Origin: Leptospirales bacterium
Lineage (GTDB): Bacteria > Spirochaetota > Leptospiria > Leptospirales > Leptonemataceae
DNA: 48,808 nucleotides
Assembly (NCBI GenBank): GCA_050295715.1
Contig: JBNKQE010000001.1
Span: 1 to 48,808 of the forward strand
Direction of reading: 5' to 3'
Notes under the pieces: generated by a model
Told to the model about the DNA's origin: nothing
The model's database searches: none
What the model saw: the letters and a program-made list of their open reading frames with translations, nothing else
In this document: positions 28,775-38,672 of the stretch, in pieces
How the letters are laid out: the number at the start of each line of letters is the position of its first letter
How positions within the stretch are numbered: position 1 is the first letter of the stretch
Program-made: the position numbers and the translations under genes

Positions 28775-29908
28775 ATGACCGATCAAAAAAGATTTCTTCT
28801 CCTGGACCGGGCTCCGAACTGGTTATTCCCGCTTACCAGGTTCAGATCCTCTTTTACGCAAAGAACCGGAATATTTTCAGCAAGGGAAAGATTGAATCTC
28901 TCTTCTGAAGTGTCTGTTATTTTCGCAAGTATGGATCCCGACTACGAAAAACTCATAGCTGAATCCGAAAACATGACTCCCCTGCGAAGCATTGAAGGGG
29001 AAGATTTTCGTGAATACGACCCTGCTTACCTTACAAAAATATATAATGTTTTAGACTCTCGAGATGACAATCCAATGGATGTCCTCGAAGACATGGAAAA
29101 CAGAATTGTCCATGATTTGCCACTGCTTCTTGGCTCTGATTCACGATTTATACAGGGACTTGACCATCCATCCCTGAGCAAGGTATCCGTAGTCGGAAAA
29201 GTAAATTCTGTGTATATAAATGAAACGGCAACGCTTCTTCCTGGTTCTGTTATAGATACGAGAAATGGCCCTGTAATCATAGATGCGGATACTGAAATTT
29301 CTCCTTTTAGCTACCTGGAAGGCCCCCTCTATATTGGGAAAGGTTGTAGAATTGATGATGCAAGGATTACGGGGGGATGTATAATCGGCCACAGTGTTCG
29401 TATCGGTGGCGAAGTGGAAAATTCAATTTTTAACGATTATTCAAACAAGCACCACGAAGGATTTATTGGACACTCTATAGTTGGAAGCTGGGTCAACCTG
29501 GGAGCTCTTACGACAACCTCCGATCTTAAGAATAATTATGGCGAAATACGTTTAAAATATCCTTCAAGTTTAAAGTATACCGATGATGAACCACTCTGGA
29601 ACAATCTTCATCTTGAAGAGTACAATACAGGTCTTATCAAATTCGGCTCCATTATCGGTGACGGGGTCAAAACTGCAATAGGTACAATGATCAATACAGG
29701 TACTGTAATTGATGCCGGTGCAAATATTTTCGGTTCATCTCCTGAAAAATATGTTCATCCCTTTCAATGGGGTGCACCTGGCGCCCTGTATGACCGTAAC
29801 CGTTTTCTTTCCGATATAACGTTGATTATGGGACGCCGGAAACAAAAACCTTCATCCTCTTTTTCAGAGCTGGTGGATCTCCTCTACAAAGGGGGACACT
29901 CACGTTGA
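28775..29908 (+). CDS. Putative sugar nucleotidyltransferase/acetyltransferase with left-handed beta-helix (alternative GlmU-like family)
   Basis: The N-terminus FLLLDRAPNWLFPLTRFRSSFTQRTGIFSARERL matches, from memory, the pattern of the alternative bacterial GlmU family. The C-terminal half has hexapeptide repeats (IGKGCRIDDARITGGCIIGHSVRIGGEV). Lies in a glmM-glmS context. Confidence 0.7.
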   Translation: MTDQKRFLLLDRAPNWLFPLTRFRSSFTQRTGIFSARERLNLSSEVSVIFASMDPDYEKLIAESENMTPLRSIEGEDFREYDPAYLTKIYNVLDSRDDNPMDVLEDMENRIVHDLPLLLGSDSRFIQGLDHPSLSKVSVVGKVNSVYINETATLLPGSVIDTRNGPVIIDADTEISPFSYLEGPLYIGKGCRIDDARITGGCIIGHSVRIGGEVENSIFNDYSNKHHEGFIGHSIVGSWVNLGALTTTSDLKNNYGEIRLKYPSSLKYTDDEPLWNNLHLEEYNTGLIKFGSIIGDGVKTAIGTMINTGTVIDAGANIFGSSPEKYVHPFQWGAPGALYDRNRFLSDITLIMGRRKQKPSSSFSELVDLLYKGGHSR

Positions 29909-31413
29909 AATCCGATGGAAACCGAACCGGGACTACCGTAAGATCTGTCAAACTGGAACAGCTCTTTGAGATGCATCCGGATGAATTTATTGATTTTATT
30001 TTTCCATATTTGATCAGCAGTTCACCGCTGTACAAAAGAAATCTACTTTATGAGATGAAACTGGGGCGTTTTGGACGTCTGGAGCTGGCCTCCGCTGCAG
30101 TCTATTACAGTCAGAGCCGGCAGGACCAACTTGAAATTGAAGGGCTAACAGACCCTGCACTTATCTATGCAACATCACGAAACCTGGAAGACCTGATTCG
30201 ATCTTCCACGGAAAACTACTTTGAATCTCATATAAGTATTAAAGATTTCGATATATTCTCTGATCCGGAATTCATTCATCAGGCATATCGTCTGATTCTG
30301 AATCGCGAACCTGATCCTGCCGGATTTCACTTTTATATGGATTCTCTTGCGAAAGGACATTTAACGAGAAATCAAATTCTTGGAATGTTGTATTTTTCTC
30401 CGGAAACGGACCAGTCACGCATTAAAATTCAAGGCGCCGTTATCAGCGGGTTACTGGGAAGAATTTCAAGAAAATTCCCTATTCTGAGACCACCTGTCTA
30501 TTTACTGAATCGTTTTATCGAATTACCGCTCCTTATAAATCGATTGATTCATATACTTGATCTGATTCGCAGAAGCGGTGAGACAGCCTCCCTTCTTAGA
30601 ACCCGAAATAACATGCTTGAAAATCATGTTACAAAAATAATTGTTGAGAATAGAAAAAAGATCGAGTTACTGGAAAACAAAATTCGTGCATTCAGTCCTT
30701 CCACTGTAAAAAAATCCCAAAAGACAAAAAAGAAGACCGTGACGAAATCAGAGAGTCAAAGGCATCTTGAAATGGATGCGGTATATGCAGCAATGCACAG
30801 TAAGTTTAACAGTGACCCGGAGACAACTTTAGCGAGGCTTGAATCCTACCTGCCGCGCATACATTCCTGCGAATCGATAAATAAAAATTATCCCCTTATA
30901 GATCTTGGTTGTGGTAAAGGAGAATTGCTGCACCTTCTTCATGATGATGGAATACCTGCAGTTGGTGTGGACTCTAACATATTATTTATTAAGGAGCTTG
31001 TTGAAGCAGGCTTTCAAGTTGAACACCAGGGAATTCAGGAATTTATGGAAGAGTATCCTGATGAGAGTGCCGGTGGGATCAGTGCCCTTCATCTGATTGA
31101 ACATCTAAATTTCGAACAGCTTTTTAATACTCTATATAATGCATATCGCGTTCTGGCTCCAGGTGGAATATTAATTCTTGAAACGCCCAATCCGGAAAAC
31201 CTTCTTGTAAGTTCCAGACAGTTCTATATTGATCCGACTCATAAAAATCCCATCCATCCGCAAACGCTTCTATTCTTACTGGAACAAATCGGGTTTTCCA
31301 ATCTGGAAATCATCAGACTGAACCCTGCAGGATTTCCTCCTCCATATACAAGCCCTATCCAGGAGATGCTGGATACCTACCAGACTTATGCCGCGATAGC
31401 CTGGAAGAAATAG
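29905..31413 (+). CDS. DUF4214 domain, coiled-coil and class I SAM-dependent methyltransferase protein
   Basis: DUF4214-like segment IHQAYRLILNREPDPAGFHFYMDSLAKGHLTRNQILGMLYFSPE. Central heptad-like region. SAM motif I LIDLGCGKGELL and post-I/II motifs. TTG start overlaps the upstream TGA (TTGA). Confidence 0.8.
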   Translation: MKSDGNRTGTTVRSVKLEQLFEMHPDEFIDFIFPYLISSSPLYKRNLLYEMKLGRFGRLELASAAVYYSQSRQDQLEIEGLTDPALIYATSRNLEDLIRSSTENYFESHISIKDFDIFSDPEFIHQAYRLILNREPDPAGFHFYMDSLAKGHLTRNQILGMLYFSPETDQSRIKIQGAVISGLLGRISRKFPILRPPVYLLNRFIELPLLINRLIHILDLIRRSGETASLLRTRNNMLENHVTKIIVENRKKIELLENKIRAFSPSTVKKSQKTKKKTVTKSESQRHLEMDAVYAAMHSKFNSDPETTLARLESYLPRIHSCESINKNYPLIDLGCGKGELLHLLHDDGIPAVGVDSNILFIKELVEAGFQVEHQGIQEFMEEYPDESAGGISALHLIEHLNFEQLFNTLYNAYRVLAPGGILILETPNPENLLVSSRQFYIDPTHKNPIHPQTLLFLLEQIGFSNLEIIRLNPAGFPPPYTSPIQEMLDTYQTYAAIAWKK

Positions 31414-31414
31414 T

Positions 31415-33130
31415 ATGAATGTCTTTCTGGTTGCAGTACCCTCGGATGATCCTTTTTTTGATGGTTGTATTCATATACCGGAACAACTGCGAAATGAGAA
31501 TATTACAGTCGTAGGTCCTGGAGAAACAGGTACGGAAAGTTTCCTGATTGAGTCAGATTTCCCGTTCAAATCCTATACGGTCCCATGCCCCGGTCTGAGA
31601 GATACATTGCTTACTGCATATGAGAATTACAGTCTGCTTCCATCAGCCGGAATTCCCTACAGTATGATGCCTCCGGTAAATTTTATCGAAAGCATAATCA
31701 AGATATACAATGCAACACCCTTTTTTCGTACTCTAAAGGAACTGGCAACAGGAAGTCGAATTATAGTAGCTTCTCCATATCATCCAGTTGCCATGGCTGC
31801 GGCAAAACTGCTTGTGAATAATTATGATCTGTTACTCCAGAGCAGCAGGATACTGAATCCTTCTGAATTCTCATCCATTTCTCTTGATCACATTTACAGA
31901 GCTCGTTCCATTTTGATATCGCAAGAATCTCTGGATATATTTCGCAAGTTTTACGGTCCGGGATTGGATGCGAAGCTTCAATTGCTTGATAGTCCGAAAG
32001 AATTTGAAAAAACGAATGATACTGAAATATCAAATGTAATGACTCGCGGAAAAAATGTCTTAAAGTTGAAGCGCATCTATCAGGTTCTAACGTCTCTTGT
32101 CCCGGGAGATGCAATATCTGATCAGGCTATTTTCATTCACAAACTTCTATTGAGCAGAGGCATCGAATCTTCCATTATTGCGGATTATTATGATCCTGTT
32201 TTCTCGGATTTCACTGAAAGCATTTCCCAGGCAAAGATAAAAAAAGGAAGTGGTTTGATTTACCACCATTCCATTGCTTCAAGTGCTACGGAGTTCGTTA
32301 AACATCGTAATGAGGCTTCGCTTCTTATCTATCACAATATTACACCGCCGCATTTTTTTAAATTCTATAATGAGGAACTGGCAGATCGTCTTTATAAAGC
32401 CGAAAATGAGTTATCCAATCTTGCAGATAAATTCAAAGCAAGCGCAGGAGTTTCTCATTTTAATATTCAATCACTTATTGATAATGGATTTGAATCTCCG
32501 GATTATCTACCACTACCCGTTTCCCCGCACCGATGGAACATACCCCCAGATCCGGCTACCCTGCGAAAACTGGACGATGGACGAATTAATATAACTTTCG
32601 TGGGAAGACTTGTTCCCAATAAACGTATTGAAGATCTTATTTTAATGGTAGACGAACTGCGATATGAGAGACCGGAAATAAGGCTGTGTCTTCCCGGCGA
32701 AGCTGTAATTCCATCCTATTTTCAAAAAGAGATCGCTTCGCGAATACGCGAATCAGAATTGAATCATCATGTTCATATTCCTGGTAAAGTGACCCAGTCT
32801 GAACTGTTAGCCTTTTATCTGAAAAGTCATTTCTACGTGTCGATGAGTCAGCATGAAGGATTCGGTGTTCCATTAATTGAAGCTATGTGGTTTGACATTC
32901 CAGTAGTTGCAAAAAATGCGGGAGCCATTGCCGAAACGCTGGGAAATTCAGGATTGCTTCTATCGGAAACAGCCTCACCGGTTGACTGCAAAAATGCACT
33001 TCTATCGTTACTGTCTTCCCCTGGAAGAGTCAAAAAAATTATTGAGCAGCAAAGAATACAGCGTGAAAAGTTCCTTCCGGTTAATCTTGAAGAGAATTAC
33101 ATGAATATCATAAAAAGACTGTTCTACTGA
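31415..33130 (+). CDS. Glycosyltransferase family 4 (GT-B) with a long N-terminal extension
   Basis: C-terminal GT4 signature SQHEGFGVPLIEAMWFDIPVVA with a preceding Rossmann half (ITFVGRLVPNKR). The ATG lies 1 nt after the upstream stop. Confidence 0.85.
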   Translation: MNVFLVAVPSDDPFFDGCIHIPEQLRNENITVVGPGETGTESFLIESDFPFKSYTVPCPGLRDTLLTAYENYSLLPSAGIPYSMMPPVNFIESIIKIYNATPFFRTLKELATGSRIIVASPYHPVAMAAAKLLVNNYDLLLQSSRILNPSEFSSISLDHIYRARSILISQESLDIFRKFYGPGLDAKLQLLDSPKEFEKTNDTEISNVMTRGKNVLKLKRIYQVLTSLVPGDAISDQAIFIHKLLLSRGIESSIIADYYDPVFSDFTESISQAKIKKGSGLIYHHSIASSATEFVKHRNEASLLIYHNITPPHFFKFYNEELADRLYKAENELSNLADKFKASAGVSHFNIQSLIDNGFESPDYLPLPVSPHRWNIPPDPATLRKLDDGRINITFVGRLVPNKRIEDLILMVDELRYERPEIRLCLPGEAVIPSYFQKEIASRIRESELNHHVHIPGKVTQSELLAFYLKSHFYVSMSQHEGFGVPLIEAMWFDIPVVAKNAGAIAETLGNSGLLLSETASPVDCKNALLSLLSSPGRVKKIIEQQRIQREKFLPVNLEENYMNIIKRLFY

Positions 33131-33292
33131 ATCATTATGTGAAACAAAATAAGATTCCAATCATAATCCGAATCAATGATAAAAACATTACTTCCGGTTT
33201 GAAGTATTGGCTAAAATCATAAACACTATAAATATTATTAAAATTCAATCCCGGTTTGCTTATTATTCAGATCAGGCAGAAAACATCGGACC

Positions 33293-33330
33293 TGTAGTTC
33301 CCTCTGGAGAACAGGAAGATTGTAGTTCCC
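33293..33330. repeat. 10-nt direct repeat TGTAGTTCCC x2 upstream of xseB
   Basis: Exact copies at 33293-33302 and 33321-33330 (28-nt period), 67-104 nt upstream of the xseB ATG. Confidence 0.6.
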
Positions 33331-33396
33331 ATATAATTGTATTTCTAACGGCCTGGTTATGACTTATCATCAATAAATTTTCTTGTAACCAGACTC

Positions 33397-33690
33397 ATGT
33401 CTTCCATACTCGACCCTGAAGTTATGGCTAAAAAGCAAAAAGAACCAACTTTTGAAGAAGCACTGCAGGAACTCGAAGATATAACAAGATCTCTTGAGAG
33501 CGGCAGTCTTACTCTGGACGAATCGATCCAGTCCTATGAGAAAGGAATGGAACTTCGAAAAATCTGTATGAAGATGCTTGAAAAGGCTGAGAAAAAGCTG
33601 GAGTATCTGGAAAAACAGGAAGATGAGACCCTCGTAAAACGCCCCATTGAAGAGGCTGATGAAGGGGATCTTCAGGATGGTCTATTCTAA
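33397..33690 (+). CDS. xseB: Exodeoxyribonuclease VII small subunit
   Basis: 97 aa. FEEALQELEDITRSLESGSLTLDESIQSYEKGMEL is the typical XseB helical hairpin signature. Confidence 0.85.
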   Translation: MSSILDPEVMAKKQKEPTFEEALQELEDITRSLESGSLTLDESIQSYEKGMELRKICMKMLEKAEKKLEYLEKQEDETLVKRPIEEADEGDLQDGLF

Positions 33691-33720
33691 ATCCTTTCGT
33701 AAAAGGCTTATGTCCTGCGT

Positions 33721-34884
33721 ATGCCAGCCGGTGATAAATATACAATAAATATTCTGCGGCATGTCCAGAATGGATATACAATCTCGCATCTACCGGATGG
33801 GAAACCGGTATTTGTTCAGGGAGCACTTCCCGATGAAACTGTTGAATGCATAATTCTCAAAGAGAATAACAAACATGCTTTTGCTCTTACAACGGAAGTA
33901 TTAAACTCATCACCGCGAAGAATTGAATCGGACTGCAGTGTATTCCCGGCCTGCGGTGGATGTGCTTACAGACACATTAGCTATACAGATGAAATTCAGC
34001 TTAAAAGAGATCTCTTAAGTGAGATGAATCAGCTTGCGGAGATCCTCGAACGCTTGAATCCTGCAATTGAAATCGCCTCGCCGGATCACAGCCGAAATCA
34101 TATACAACTCCAGTTTGACGGAGAATCTCGCGGATTTTTCCAGATACACTCAAATAGAGTTATCCCCCTCCCTCCTTCCGGCTGTCGTCAGGTGAATGAT
34201 ACCCTGAATGAATCAATGAAAAGTTATCCCCTCAAAAAAAGAGGAAAGTATCCATTCCGGTTAAATAACGAGAAAGTTATAACTCCCGATGATATAGGGA
34301 AAGGTGTCATATTAAAAGAGTACATATCTGATACTGCCAACACATTCTGGTCATTCCCGTCTGACGGTTTTTTTCAGACCAATCGCTTTCTAATTCATCC
34401 CTGGCTCTCTTTTATAAGTGAACAGACCAGACGGATAAACGGGGGAAAGACAGACCGCAAAGCACTCGAATTATTTTGCGGTTCGGGAATCATTGGTGGA
34501 TCAATTGCTCCCCTCTTTTCAGAATATACAGGAATGGAGAGCGACTCCCGTTCTCTCAAGCTTGCCAGAATAAACTTTAAGGAACATAATGTATCCGGAA
34601 AGTTTTCCAGAATGGATCTCTATAATAAAGTTCCTGATATGTCCGGTGTTGGAACAGTCATTGTTGATCCTCCTCGTGCCGGTTTAAACAGGCCGGTACA
34701 GACCTCTCTTGCCCGCAACGAGTCTGTTAAAAATATTATATACTCTTCCTGTAATCCTCATACACTGAATAGAGATATAAAAGCTTTAAGCGATCAGGGA
34801 AGTTTTCAGGCTACTTCTGCAAAGATATTTGACTTTTTCCCGAGGACCGCACACCTGGAAATGGTAGTCGTACTCGAGCGCTGA
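33721..34884 (+). CDS. RumA/TrmA-family RNA (uracil-5-)-methyltransferase
   Basis: N-terminal TRAM-like region. Fe-S Cys cluster CSVFPACGGCAYRH. SAM site ELFCGSGIIG. DPPRAGL. Catalytic SSCNP. Confidence 0.9.
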   Translation: MPAGDKYTINILRHVQNGYTISHLPDGKPVFVQGALPDETVECIILKENNKHAFALTTEVLNSSPRRIESDCSVFPACGGCAYRHISYTDEIQLKRDLLSEMNQLAEILERLNPAIEIASPDHSRNHIQLQFDGESRGFFQIHSNRVIPLPPSGCRQVNDTLNESMKSYPLKKRGKYPFRLNNEKVITPDDIGKGVILKEYISDTANTFWSFPSDGFFQTNRFLIHPWLSFISEQTRRINGGKTDRKALELFCGSGIIGGSIAPLFSEYTGMESDSRSLKLARINFKEHNVSGKFSRMDLYNKVPDMSGVGTVIVDPPRAGLNRPVQTSLARNESVKNIIYSSCNPHTLNRDIKALSDQGSFQATSAKIFDFFPRTAHLEMVVVLER

Positions 34885-35008
34885 AGAGATACCGGTCATA
34901 ATTGCATCAGTCAATCTAATTAAATTATGGATTCCCTGCATACGGGCCCTGTAATATGCATGCATTGCACATTTCATATATGTATTTGGCAGGTAGTGAA
35001 TTTTAAAC

Positions 35009-35662
35009 ATGAATCGTTCTTATGAACAAATACGAATTATAGATTGGAAACCATCCGTAAATGCTATCAAATCGATAGTTATCTCCCTGGCTGGATTGAT
35101 CACTCTTTTCTCCTGTCATCCTTCTGAACTCCTTTACAAAGAACATGCCCTGTATAATTTTAAAGACCAGGGTTTTCTTTCAAAAGACCTGCTGCAGACA
35201 ACAGCGAGCTCTCCCTATCCACAGATGGATCTGGGAAGTCGCGGCATTCGCCAGGTATGTATAGACGAGGCAATAAGGACGGCTAAAAAAAGAGTGCTCA
35301 GGGTCTTTTTACATACTTATTTCCGTATCCCACCGACAGATTCCGTTTTCCTTTATGATGAGCAGCAATTTTATAGAGATTATCCAGTAGAATTTTCAGG
35401 ATCCGACTATATCCGGGCAGAAATTGACTTTGCGCCACTGCTGAAGAATGGATTCATTGCTTTACAGGACTCTCGTGGTTCCGAAGATTGCTATGTTGTT
35501 TTTCGAATAATAGAATCGGATCTTCCAAATAAAATCAGATCCAGCACAGTATCGTTTATTCCGGATGCAATAGAAAAAGACTACTCTCTACCAGGAATTC
35601 GAGTTTTTAATCCTGTAAATAAGAATCGTTTACCAGAAGACATATTAGAGAAGAAACAATGA
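35009..35662 (+). CDS. Hypothetical lipoprotein
   Basis: Hydrophobic region IVISLAGLITLFSC with a spirochaete-type lipobox. The stop overlaps the next gene's start (ATGA). Confidence 0.6.
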   Translation: MNRSYEQIRIIDWKPSVNAIKSIVISLAGLITLFSCHPSELLYKEHALYNFKDQGFLSKDLLQTTASSPYPQMDLGSRGIRQVCIDEAIRTAKKRVLRVFLHTYFRIPPTDSVFLYDEQQFYRDYPVEFSGSDYIRAEIDFAPLLKNGFIALQDSRGSEDCYVVFRIIESDLPNKIRSSTVSFIPDAIEKDYSLPGIRVFNPVNKNRLPEDILEKKQ

Positions 35663-36072
35663 AATCTGTATGTAAATTTGCAGTTGTATCAGTTACTCTT
35701 TTCACCCTTAATGCGTGCATGACAATCCCTGAACCGACAGGATTTGTCGCGGATTCAATGCCTGAAGTATTTCGTCGTGACGGGATGATCAGCAGTTCCA
35801 GTTACCAGGTTTATGTTACAACATCTGCAGACACTGAAGAAAAGGCGATGATAAACGGAGAAGCTCTTGCCCGTTCCGTTATGCTTGAACTATTGATGAA
35901 TGAATCATTCGCAAGGGTTCGCATATCAGAATATGGAAAAAAGAGATTGATAAATTTGATAAAAGAGAGCGGGAAAATTGTTCGCACAGCCCACCTGGAA
36001 AAGAGCAAGTGGGGTATATCATATCAAATCAATAGAATTGGATTACGCGAATATCTGCAAACGATAAGATAA
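35659..36072 (+). CDS. Hypothetical lipoprotein (possibly LPP20-like)
   Basis: MKSVCKFAVVSVTLFTLNAC signal peptide with lipobox LNAC. 137 aa. Confidence 0.6.
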   Translation: MKSVCKFAVVSVTLFTLNACMTIPEPTGFVADSMPEVFRRDGMISSSSYQVYVTTSADTEEKAMINGEALARSVMLELLMNESFARVRISEYGKKRLINLIKESGKIVRTAHLEKSKWGISYQINRIGLREYLQTIR

Positions 36073-36127
36073 TTAGATACGGATTTTTTATCCATCAAAA
36101 TATGTAATACAAAATGGAATTAAGAGT

Positions 36128-37690
36128 ATGACCGACGCCAGCAAGAAAGAAGTTAGAACAAGATTCGCACCATCACCAAGCGGATTCCTCCATGTTGGAG
36201 GAGCACGAACTGCACTATTTAATTATCTGTATGCGAAAGCATGCAATGGAGAATTCATTCTTCGAGTGGAGGATACTGACCAGGAACGTTCTTCTCCTGA
36301 GTCGGAGCGGATAATACTTGAGTCCCTTAAATGGCTTGGTATTTATGCTGACGAAGGTGTCGAAGAGGGTGGTAATTTCGGCCCCTATCGCCAATCGGAA
36401 AGGCTCGGTATTTACGGACCTTACACACAGAAGCTTCTTGATAAGGGTGTAGCTTATCCCTGTTTTTGCAGCGATGAGGAGCTGGAAATCAAACAGGCAC
36501 AGTCAAGAAAACTGGGAGTACCTCATGTTTATGATGGAAAATGCAGAAACCTCAGTAATGCTGAACGCGATGAGAAAATAAAATCAGGCGAAAAGTATGC
36601 AATTCGCTTCAAGATTGATCCGACGGATATTGTTGTAGAAGACGTAGTACAGGGAAAGGTAAAATTTGACGCCCGTCTTATTGGAGATTTTATAATTGTG
36701 AAATCCGACGGATTTCCTTCATACAACTATGCAGTAGTCATTGATGACTATGAAATGAAAATATCCCACGTTATTCGTGGAGTCGGTCATCTTTCCAACA
36801 CTCCACGGCAGATTCTAATCCATGAAGCACTCGGATTTGAGCTTCCCGTTTATGCACATATCTCTGAAATTGTTGGAACAGATAAAAAGAAACTCTCAAA
36901 AAGACGTGGAGCCACTTCGGTCCTCTTTTTCAGAGATCTTGGTTATCTTTCTGAGGCTTTCGTAAACTACATGGCACTGCTTGGCTGGTATCCAGATGAC
37001 GGTGTTGAGTTTATGCCTGACGGAAAACTGGCTGAGAAATTTGATGTAGCACGATGCTCAAAAAGTCCTGCGATGTTTGATTTTTTCCTTACGGAGAAAG
37101 CTGAAAAAGAGGGTGGTGCCGAGTTTGATCCAACAGGAATGAGCCGTGAAGAACTGAAGAAATTCATTAACAATAAGACAAAACTAAACTGGTTGAATAA
37201 CAAGTATATTCGGCACGTTGAGCTGGAATCGATCTGGTCTCTTGCAAAAGAATTTATCTCAAAGGATGAGAGTATTTCAAAACTTTTAAAAGATGACGAA
37301 GAGAGAATCAAAATGACTTTTGATACACTTCGCGTTTATCTGGATACAATGGATGATGCTGTTCCCTATATGAAGGAAATTTTCCATGAGAAAATTGAAC
37401 CGGATTCCGAGGCGGCACTCAATCTTATCAGACAGGAGGAATCCATTACAACGGTAAAAGCTTTTGTCGAAGTTCTCGGGGAGACAAAGCCGGAAGATCC
37501 GGAGTCTTTCAGTACTGCGATGAAGGAAGCTGGGAAACGGGCCGGAACAAAGGGGAAAGGATTATTCATGCCGATTCGTGTTGCAAGCACCGGTAGTATG
37601 CAGGGGCTTGAATTGCCAACATTCTTCACAATCATAGGATACGAATCAGTTATTAAACGTATTGACCAGGCACTGGCAAATCTTTCGTAA
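36128..37690 (+). CDS. gltX: Glutamate--tRNA ligase
   Basis: RFAPSPSGFLHVGGART (HIGH motif), KLSKRRG (KMSKS motif), class I catalytic core and C-terminal anticodon-binding domain. Confidence 0.97.
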   Translation: MTDASKKEVRTRFAPSPSGFLHVGGARTALFNYLYAKACNGEFILRVEDTDQERSSPESERIILESLKWLGIYADEGVEEGGNFGPYRQSERLGIYGPYTQKLLDKGVAYPCFCSDEELEIKQAQSRKLGVPHVYDGKCRNLSNAERDEKIKSGEKYAIRFKIDPTDIVVEDVVQGKVKFDARLIGDFIIVKSDGFPSYNYAVVIDDYEMKISHVIRGVGHLSNTPRQILIHEALGFELPVYAHISEIVGTDKKKLSKRRGATSVLFFRDLGYLSEAFVNYMALLGWYPDDGVEFMPDGKLAEKFDVARCSKSPAMFDFFLTEKAEKEGGAEFDPTGMSREELKKFINNKTKLNWLNNKYIRHVELESIWSLAKEFISKDESISKLLKDDEERIKMTFDTLRVYLDTMDDAVPYMKEIFHEKIEPDSEAALNLIRQEESITTVKAFVEVLGETKPEDPESFSTAMKEAGKRAGTKGKGLFMPIRVASTGSMQGLELPTFFTIIGYESVIKRIDQALANLS

Positions 37691-37730
37691 TTTTGAATTC
37701 TCTAAAATTCATTTAATTATACTGAGTCCA

Positions 37731-37778
37731 AACGTCTGGCATTTTACTTTTCAATTTAAGAAGTAAATGCCAGACGTT
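37731..37778 (+). terminator. Long stem-loop downstream of gltX (about 18-bp stem, one bulged T)
   Basis: AACGTCTGGCATTTTACTT - 11-nt loop - AAGTAAATGCCAGACGTT, 40 nt after the gltX stop. There is no clean T-run after it, so its terminator function is uncertain. Confidence 0.5.
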
Positions 37779-38046
37779 CCTCTATATATTTAATATACCA
37801 TTATTAAATCTTTATTCATTTCTGATTTATTATTTATCACGAACTGCAAATTCTATCGCTTCAAATTAGAAACTATCTGCATAAAAACTCTTTTCATTCA
37901 AAATTGGCTCTGATATAATCCATCAGTCTATTGAGCAAGGTTCAACTTTACCATTTGGACCTGCAGTAACAGTGCAATCCTTTGTGAGCGGCCGATTTTT
38001 TTTTGAATTATCCGGGAATTTCTGAACTTTTCATACACTGATTTGT

Positions 38047-38529
38047 ATGAAAGAACAAATTCGAGTGATTGGTGAGCCCTTCTCAAGCTCCCGTTCGACC
38101 CTGCTGATTCCAGGTTCCTACTACGAACGGTTTTTCAGTGGATATGTGAGATACAGGAAGGTGAGGAATCTTCCTCTCTCTTTTTATTTGCAATGTTTGC
38201 TGGACGATTCTCTACTGCACCATAAGCTGAGTTTTCTTAAAACGCCGAAGTGGAAGAAAGTATATCAGTCCGAGGGGCAGGATCTTCGTCGTGTTAATTT
38301 TTATCCTGATGAGAGGGACTGGGCCCGTCTTTCGGCCATTTCGAATGCTACTGGTTTTTCCCGTTGTTACATTTTTGTTTTTCTGATGCTTGTTGATATG
38401 GGCGTTCTTTCTCTGGAAAATGGTGGAACTAATCCAGATCTCGGAAGGAGAGTGTGGAATCCTTTGACCTTTTGCTCGATTAAACTCGACTCAAGAGAGA
38501 GAAAACTAACAAGGATACTCCAAACATAG
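38047..38529 (+). CDS. DUF1564-like hypothetical protein (Leptospira-associated paralogous family)
   Basis: 160 aa. The segments STLLIPGSYYERF, YQSEGQDLRRVNFYPDERDWARLSAISNATGFSRCYIFVFLML match my recollection of DUF1564 signatures (LLIPE..., YQ..., W..L...GVSRCYLF). Confidence 0.6.
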   Translation: MKEQIRVIGEPFSSSRSTLLIPGSYYERFFSGYVRYRKVRNLPLSFYLQCLLDDSLLHHKLSFLKTPKWKKVYQSEGQDLRRVNFYPDERDWARLSAISNATGFSRCYIFVFLMLVDMGVLSLENGGTNPDLGRRVWNPLTFCSIKLDSRERKLTRILQT

Positions 38530-38672
38530 ACTACACACCTCGAGAAGAGTAACCTGCGGCTGATTCCGGGGTAAAAAGCAACAAACTCGTTATATTTGTC
38601 GCAGGCGGGATTTCATAAAATTACGAATAGGTATTCCTGATGCTTGCTCAGCAGCGTGATTAGTTACTAATT

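Noticed and set aside
34786-35010. 74-aa minus-strand ORF between the rumA-like gene and the lipoprotein gene
   Set aside because: It overlaps the 3' end of the methyltransferase gene and has no supporting signals.
36073-36127. T-box or other leader upstream of gltX
   Set aside because: The spacer is only 55 nt, far too short for a T-box riboswitch.
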